Shown: in pieces, positions 58,968-64,000 of the stretch | Numbering within the stretch: the stretch's first letter is position 1 | Layout: the number at the start of each line of letters is the position of its first letter | Source of the DNA: Actinomycetes bacterium | GTDB taxonomy: Bacteria; Actinomycetota; Actinomycetes; Nanopelagicales; Nanopelagicaceae | Assembly (NCBI GenBank): GCA_025355765.1 | Contig: JANXZB010000037.1 | Coordinates: 689 to 64,688 of the forward strand | Reading direction: 5' to 3' | Length of the DNA stretch: 64,000 bases | Notes under the pieces: model-generated | Seen by the model: the letters and a program-made list of their open reading frames with translations, nothing else | Databases searched by the model: none | What the model was told of the DNA's origin: nothing | Made by a program: the position numbers and the translations under genes

Positions 58968-59681
58968 GTGGCAACGATGACATTGGTCGTCCTCATTCGC
59001 CACGCACATTCAGTTGCCAACGGTTCTGGAATTCTCGCTGGTAGAACCGAAGGGATAAGCCTTTCACCTGCTGGCAGAAAGCAGGCCCAAGAACTTGCGA
59101 AGAGACTCGGGGTAATTCCCGTTAAATCCCTTCGATCCAGCCCCTTAGAACGATGTGCCCAGACGATCTCGCCGTGGCTCAAGAAAATCGCTGATTCGAA
59201 TCCGAAACTGAAGGTTCAAGTGGACGAGGACTTGTCGGAGGTCGATTACGGAGAATGGACCGGACGCAAACTTCGTTCACTTTCCAAAGAGAGTCTATGG
59301 AAGACCGTCCAAGAAGAACCATCAAGGGTCGTATTTCCTGAGGGCGAGAGCATGCGCGCCATGCAAGAACGAGCGATGAAGGCTCTTCACCGTGCTTTAG
59401 AGATGCGAGGCAAAGGACACGTGATCCTTGTTTCTCACGGGGACGTATTGAAATCAATCATTGCCTCAGCACTTAACATGCATCTTGATGAGTTTCAAAG
59501 GATTGTCATAGATCCGGCCTCCATATCAATTCTTGACTACGCATCATCCAAGCCGAGACTCATACTTATGAATGATTCTCGCTCTCGCTTGGATCCTCAG
59601 ATATTTATGGATACCCGAAAGCGTTTGCTTGTTGGGGGAGGTTCGGGACATCCCGCCAAAGGAAATGGGAAGAGGCACTAG
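58968..59681 (+). CDS. Histidine phosphatase (phosphoglycerate-mutase-like) family protein, MSMEG_4193-type
   Basis: Has LIRHAHS (RHG-type motif) and SHGDV. It is the first gene of the conserved trio. GTG start; an alternative ATG lies at 58977. Confidence 0.8.
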   Translation: MATMTLVVLIRHAHSVANGSGILAGRTEGISLSPAGRKQAQELAKRLGVIPVKSLRSSPLERCAQTISPWLKKIADSNPKLKVQVDEDLSEVDYGEWTGRKLRSLSKESLWKTVQEEPSRVVFPEGESMRAMQERAMKALHRALEMRGKGHVILVSHGDVLKSIIASALNMHLDEFQRIVIDPASISILDYASSKPRLILMNDSRSRLDPQIFMDTRKRLLVGGGSGHPAKGNGKRH

Positions 59682-60230
59682 ATGGCGCGCATCGTAAATA
59701 GCTTTGATCCGGTGGAGCGCTTCGTCGTTGGCACGGTTGGTGAACCAGGGGAGCGAAGTTTCTTTCTACAAGCCCGTTCGGGGAAAAAGCTGACTTCTGT
59801 CCTTCTTGAAAAGTCGCAGGTGATTGCTATTGCCGATCGATTGGAGATCTTGCTTCGAGAACTTCGTCGGGTAGATCCAGCCCTAGTAATTGAGCGATTG
59901 TTAGTTGATGATCAACCTCTAGAAGCACCCATCATGGAGGAATTCCGCGTGGGCCTGGTTTCACTTTCTTGGTTGAGTGACCGCGAGATGGTTTCCGTTG
60001 AACTCCAGGCTGTAAATGAGAACGCACCAGAGAGTGAAGAAGTCTTCTCAGATGACGACTACGAAGCACCAGATCTGCTTCGAGTTATTCTCACCCCATC
60101 CCAGACCGATGCGTTTGTTAAGCGCGCAGCTGTGGTGGTAAACGCAGGTCGACCGCCATGTCCTTTCTGTGGCCTGGCCTTAGATCCGAACGGGCACGTC
60201 TGCCCGAGGGCAAATGGCTATCGACGCTAA
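59682..60230 (+). CDS. DUF3090 domain-containing protein
   Basis: 182 aa. Its ATG immediately follows the upstream TAG. It has an acidic central region and a C-terminal CPFCG...HVCPR motif. Confidence 0.75.
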   Translation: MARIVNSFDPVERFVVGTVGEPGERSFFLQARSGKKLTSVLLEKSQVIAIADRLEILLRELRRVDPALVIERLLVDDQPLEAPIMEEFRVGLVSLSWLSDREMVSVELQAVNENAPESEEVFSDDDYEAPDLLRVILTPSQTDAFVKRAAVVVNAGRPPCPFCGLALDPNGHVCPRANGYRR

Positions 60231-60927
60231 GCCTGCATTGGAGAACGCCTTACGGCTTGGGGAAATGAAGGTAACGGGTCGCCTTGTGGTTGCTTCTAAT
60301 GCGACCATGTTGGCCAAAGTTGTTCACGGAGCCTCCTCCCTCACCTGCATTTACAAGCCCATCGCGGGGGAGCGACCGCTCTGGGATTTTTCTGACGGAA
60401 CACTGGCATTTCGCGAATACGCAGCCTATGTAATCAGCGATCGGTGCGATTTTGACGTTGTACCTTTGACGGTAATTCGTGAAGGACCATTCGGGGAAGG
60501 GGCTGTGCAACTCTGGGTAGATATCGATGAGAGCATCGACATGACCGAATACTTCCAGCGTGACAATGCCGAACTCCGCAACATGGCTCTATTTGATGCC
60601 GTTATCAATAACACCGATCGCAAGATCGGCCACATACTTCCGGACACATCTGGGAAGGTGTTCGGATGCGATCATGGAGTGACCTTCCATCACGAGGATA
60701 AGTTACGGACCGTTCTGTGGCGATGGGCCGGGAGCACCATCAATGAAGAAGAATTGTCACGTCTTGAAACCGTTTCGGATTTTCTTAAGGACCCCGTCGA
60801 ATTAGAAGGCCTTCTGACAGCGGATGAGATCTCTGCCCTTCGAGGGAGGGTAACCCGCCTTCAAGAAACGGGCATTTTTCCCATGCCGAGCAAAGATTGG
60901 CCCGCGGTTCCTTGGCCACCGTACTAG
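60214..60927 (+). CDS. SCO1664-family protein (distant PI3/PI4-kinase-like)
   Basis: 237 aa, overlapping DUF3090 by 17 nt. It has NNTDRKIGH and CDHG motifs that resemble a kinase catalytic loop and metal-binding loop. Confidence 0.7.
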   Translation: MAIDAKPALENALRLGEMKVTGRLVVASNATMLAKVVHGASSLTCIYKPIAGERPLWDFSDGTLAFREYAAYVISDRCDFDVVPLTVIREGPFGEGAVQLWVDIDESIDMTEYFQRDNAELRNMALFDAVINNTDRKIGHILPDTSGKVFGCDHGVTFHHEDKLRTVLWRWAGSTINEEELSRLETVSDFLKDPVELEGLLTADEISALRGRVTRLQETGIFPMPSKDWPAVPWPPY

Positions 60928-60964
60928 AACAAGTTCGGCCTGGAAGATCCTTTAGGATGATGAA

Positions 60965-62206
60965 ATGAATTCATGGGCTGACCTTTACCTGCCACCAATT
61001 GATTCGGATTTTTCCTTTCCTGCTCTCTCGCTAAAGGATTCGGCATCCAAGAAGGTAGTGGCCCTACCGGTTAAAGATGTGTACAGAATGTATGTCTGTG
61101 GCATTACGCCATACGACGCAACGCACTTGGGACACGCCGCAACGTATGTGACCTTCGACCTGATCAATCGGTATTTACGGGCCATGGGCAAGCGCGTTCA
61201 TTTTGTCGAGAATGTGACGGATATCGATGACCCTCTCCTGGAACGTGCCAAGCGCGACAACGTTGATTGGAAAGATCTTGCTCTATCTCAGATTGAACTC
61301 TTCCGGGGCGACATGAGTGATCTCCACATAATCCCGCCCGAGAGCTATATAGGCGCAGTTGAATCAATCCCGCTTGTTGTCGAAGCCGTCACTGCCTTGC
61401 AGGGCAAAGGCGCGGTATATCAAGTCGATGACGATCTCTATTTCTCTGTGAAGTCGGATCCTAATTTTGGTTCCAAGGCAAATCTTTCCCGAGCTGAGAT
61501 GCTCGAATTATCTGCGCATCGCGGCGGAGACCCAACGCGAGCGGGAAAACACGACGCACTAGATGCACTCGTCTGGCTGCACGGGCGGATTGGCGAGCCG
61601 AGTTGGCCTTCCACTTTCGGAGATGGGCGACCTGGTTGGCATATTGAATGTTGTGCCATCGCACTCAATTACTTACCGGTCAACCACGACGAAGACTTTC
61701 TCATTGATATCCAAGGCGGCGGAAATGATCTGCTCTTCCCTCATCACGAGATCAGTGCCTCTCAAGCCGCAGTGATTTCTGGAAAAGAGTACGCACGGGT
61801 CTACGTACACGCAGGTCTTATTGGACTTGATGGTGAAAAGATGAGCAAGAGCTTGGGGAATCTTGTTTTTCTCTCCAAATTGGTGGCAGAGGGAGCCAAT
61901 CCGCTTGCGGTACGGCTTGCCCTCATGTCCGATCACTATTCAAAGGACCGCATGTGGACCATCGATCAACTCGATCAAGCCACGCGATTTCTCGATCGAT
62001 TGCGTTTATTGCTCTCGCGTCCAGAAGTGGCTCCTACGCGCGATGTTGTACAGCAGTTAATCAATGCCATTTCACATGATCTAGATACCCCGAGCGCGAT
62101 TAATATTTTGAAGATCTGGTGTGACGAAACCGAAAGAGGATCTACTGGGGGATCCGCTGGCGAACTATCGCGAGCAATTGACTTGCTATTGGGTCTTGCA
62201 ATCTAG
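60965..62206 (+). CDS. mshC: Cysteine--1-D-myo-inosityl 2-amino-2-deoxy-alpha-D-glucopyranoside ligase (mycothiol ligase)
   Basis: 413 aa, CysRS-like class I, with a HIGH-type motif (HLGHAATY) and KMSKS. It lacks the CysRS anticodon-binding extension. The length and the trio context fit MshC rather than CysS. Confidence 0.85.
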   Translation: MNSWADLYLPPIDSDFSFPALSLKDSASKKVVALPVKDVYRMYVCGITPYDATHLGHAATYVTFDLINRYLRAMGKRVHFVENVTDIDDPLLERAKRDNVDWKDLALSQIELFRGDMSDLHIIPPESYIGAVESIPLVVEAVTALQGKGAVYQVDDDLYFSVKSDPNFGSKANLSRAEMLELSAHRGGDPTRAGKHDALDALVWLHGRIGEPSWPSTFGDGRPGWHIECCAIALNYLPVNHDEDFLIDIQGGGNDLLFPHHEISASQAAVISGKEYARVYVHAGLIGLDGEKMSKSLGNLVFLSKLVAEGANPLAVRLALMSDHYSKDRMWTIDQLDQATRFLDRLRLLLSRPEVAPTRDVVQQLINAISHDLDTPSAINILKIWCDETERGSTGGSAGELSRAIDLLLGLAI

Positions 62207-62211
62207 CGGGA

Positions 62212-63054
62212 TTATTCAATATTTCGACGACGCAAATACCGTTCAAATTCTCTAGCGATTGATTCACCCGTAGCCTCGGGAAGCTCTGTCTCATCCTTGG
62301 AAGATTCAAGTTGGCGGATATATTCCTTGAGATCTGAATCTTCTTGAGCCATCTCATCTATGCCGGACTCCCACATTTTGCTCTCATCGGCCAAATTTCC
62401 TAAAGGAATTGAAATGCTCAAAAAATCCTCAAGCGCGTTGATAAGGGCCAAGGTGGCTTTCGGGGAAGGTGGGGCGGATGCGTAGTGAGGAATGGCTGCC
62501 CATAAAGAGATAGCGTCAATACCTCTTCTCTCTGCGGCTTCTTGAAGAATTCCGAGAATCCCTGTTGGACCTTCGTATCGACTAACTTCAACACCAAGGC
62601 GTTTGGCAATCTCGGGATGCGAACCACTCCCGCTCACTGAAATAGGTCTGGAATGAGGGGTATCGGCAAGCAAGGACCCCATGGCCAAAATCATTGAGAC
62701 TTCTAGGTCGTCAGCTAAATCAAGAAGATCACTTGTGAATCGCTTCCATCTCATCGAAGGTTCGAGTCCCTTTACGACGACCAAATCGAAATCAAATTGA
62801 GGGGTGAGGATTCCGAATACTTCAGTTGTTGGCCACGTGATCTGGCGAATCTTTGAATCATCAACAAAGACCATGGGTCGATTGACTTGAAAGTCGTAAA
62901 ACTCTTCTGGATCGAACCGACCAATTAACGCGTGTTCCCAACTGTTCAATAGATGAGACACGGCCCCTGTTGCAGCTTCACCTGCGTCATTCCATCCTCC
63001 GAATGAAAAGATCATTATTGGCGATCGCAAGGGGGGTATTTGGAGAATCTCCAT
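62212..63054 (-). CDS. PAC2 (proteasome assembly chaperone 2-like) family protein
   Basis: 280 aa with the N-terminal motif P.MI.SFGGWNDAGEAAT, typical of actinobacterial PAC2 proteins, and an acidic C-terminus. Confidence 0.8.
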   Translation of the reverse strand: MEILQIPPLRSPIMIFSFGGWNDAGEAATGAVSHLLNSWEHALIGRFDPEEFYDFQVNRPMVFVDDSKIRQITWPTTEVFGILTPQFDFDLVVVKGLEPSMRWKRFTSDLLDLADDLEVSMILAMGSLLADTPHSRPISVSGSGSHPEIAKRLGVEVSRYEGPTGILGILQEAAERRGIDAISLWAAIPHYASAPPSPKATLALINALEDFLSISIPLGNLADESKMWESGIDEMAQEDSDLKEYIRQLESSKDETELPEATGESIAREFERYLRRRNIE

Positions 63055-63082
63055 GATGCCACCTTACGGTAACCTTCCCCTG

Positions 63083-64000
63083 ATGATCACCTCAAAACAG
63101 TCCCTCCGCCAGGCTCTGGCCGAGCGCACAGTGATTGCCGATGGTGCGATGGGGACCATGCTGCAAGCGGCGAATCCTACCCTGGAAGATTTTGAAGGCC
63201 ATGAAGGCTGCAACGAGATACTCAACGTGAGCAGACCTGACATCGTTCGCTCCGTTCACGAGGAGTACCTCACCGTCGGAGTTGATGCCATTGAGACCAA
63301 CACATTCGGTGCAAATTGGGCAAACCTCGCTGAATACGGAATTGAAGATCGCATTTACGAATTGGCTTATGCCGGCGGCGTGCTTGCCAGAGAGAGCGCT
63401 GACAAATTCAGCACAACTGAGAGACCCCGGTACGTTCTAGGTTCCTTGGGACCGGGTACAAAACTTCCAAGCCTTGGCCACACTACGTACGCGAATTTGC
63501 GCGACGCATACAACATCGCCTCAAAGGGCTTGGTTGACGCCGGAGTTGACGGAATTCTTATAGAAACTGCGCAGGATCTCCTCCAGGCAAAGGCTGCAAT
63601 TAACGGTGCCCGCGCGGCCATCAAAGAGTGTGGTCGTGACGTGGTGCTCATTGCCCAAGTCACGGTCGAGACAACCGGGACAATGCTCCTTGGCTCTGAA
63701 ATTGGGGCCGCCCTCAATGCCCTCGAGCCCTTAGGCATCGACCTCATTGGATTGAACTGCGCCACTGGCCCCTCCGAAATGTCAGAGCATCTGCGCTACT
63801 TGAGCAAGAGCGCCCAGATCGGTCTTTCGGTCATGCCTAATGCGGGCCTTCCTATTTTGGGACCCAAGGGCGCTACCTATCCGCTCTCTCCGAAAGACCT
63901 CGCAGCCGCTTTATCGCTATTCGTGCGCGATTACGGACTTTCCCTCGTAGGCGGATGTTGTGGAACAACTCCAGAGCACATGGCAGAGGTGGTGGCTGCA
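63083..64000 (+). CDS. metH: Methionine synthase (B12-dependent) MetH, N-terminal homocysteine-binding part (3' end outside window)
   Basis: Not in the ORF track because there is no stop in the window. Translation is MITSKQSLRQALAERTVIADGAMGTMLQ ... NCATGP ... GGCCGTTPEH (Hcy S-methyltransferase domain with zinc Cys ligands). In-frame ATGs at 63053 and 63056 are alternative starts. Confidence 0.9.
   Translation, partial: MITSKQSLRQALAERTVIADGAMGTMLQAANPTLEDFEGHEGCNEILNVSRPDIVRSVHEEYLTVGVDAIETNTFGANWANLAEYGIEDRIYELAYAGGVLARESADKFSTTERPRYVLGSLGPGTKLPSLGHTTYANLRDAYNIASKGLVDAGVDGILIETAQDLLQAKAAINGARAAIKECGRDVVLIAQVTVETTGTMLLGSEIGAALNALEPLGIDLIGLNCATGPSEMSEHLRYLSKSAQIGLSVMPNAGLPILGPKGATYPLSPKDLAAALSLFVRDYGLSLVGGCCGTTPEHMAEVVAA

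Noticed and set aside
63053-63083. A cobalamin riboswitch or an extended N-terminus for metH; in-frame ATGs at 63053 and 63056 overlap the PAC2 start codon on the other strand.
   Set aside because: There is no room for a B12 riboswitch (under 30 nt of spacer). The MITSKQSL start at 63083 matches typical MetH N-termini, and the upstream ATGs would add only 10 non-conserved residues. The exact start remains unresolved.

Overview
This window looks like a very gene-dense, mid-GC actinobacterial chromosomal core segment. The mycothiol ligase mshC, bldD, mihF and PAC2 all point to Actinobacteria. I found no mobile elements, CRISPR arrays or rRNA, and only one tRNA.

Gene order, left to right:
- secD (3' part), secF, rel, a DUF349 protein, an MBL hydrolase, hisS, aspS.
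- A lipoprotein coupled to an atypical FtsH-like AAA/M41 protein, then three small membrane proteins.
- alaS, ruvX, mltG, aroE, aroC, aroK, aroB, aroQ, efp, nusB, bldD (minus strand).
- pyrR, pyrB, pyrC, carA, carB, pyrK, pyrD, pyrF, a fused mihF-gmk ORF, rpoZ, coaBC, metK, priA, def, fmt, rsmB, rpe.
- An FMN riboswitch with a PnuX/RibM-type transporter, then hisE, hisG, serB (minus), a solitary ABC ATPase, ung.
- A looser, more accessory-like stretch with a purine permease, two membrane proteins, an ADH, tdk, an OafA-like acyltransferase and apt.
- Three tandem paralogous secreted-protein genes, tRNA-Leu(GAG), an M20 peptidase and an aldo/keto reductase.
- The conserved actinobacterial trio (histidine-phosphatase-like, DUF3090, SCO1664-like kinase) next to mshC, then PAC2 and the 5' part of metH.

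Many neighbouring genes overlap at start/stop codons (ATGA, GTGA, TAATG), which suggests long operons and a streamlined genome.

The most unusual element is at 53.5-56.4 kb: three tandem monocistronic modules. Each consists of a hairpin, a terminator, a conserved ~100-nt leader and a gene for a signal-peptide-bearing Ala/Thr/Tyr-rich protein. That protein carries a strictly conserved 7-residue Tyr/Phe stripe, and I recognise no function for it.

Other points worth follow-up:
- the lipoprotein/FtsH-like pair;
- the mihF-gmk fusion;
- the riboswitch-controlled riboflavin importer sitting where rib genes normally follow rpe;
- BldD with an intact c-di-GMP signature;
- the uncharacterised trio beside mshC.

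All calls come from reading the ORF translations and the nucleotide sequence by eye. No database searches were run.
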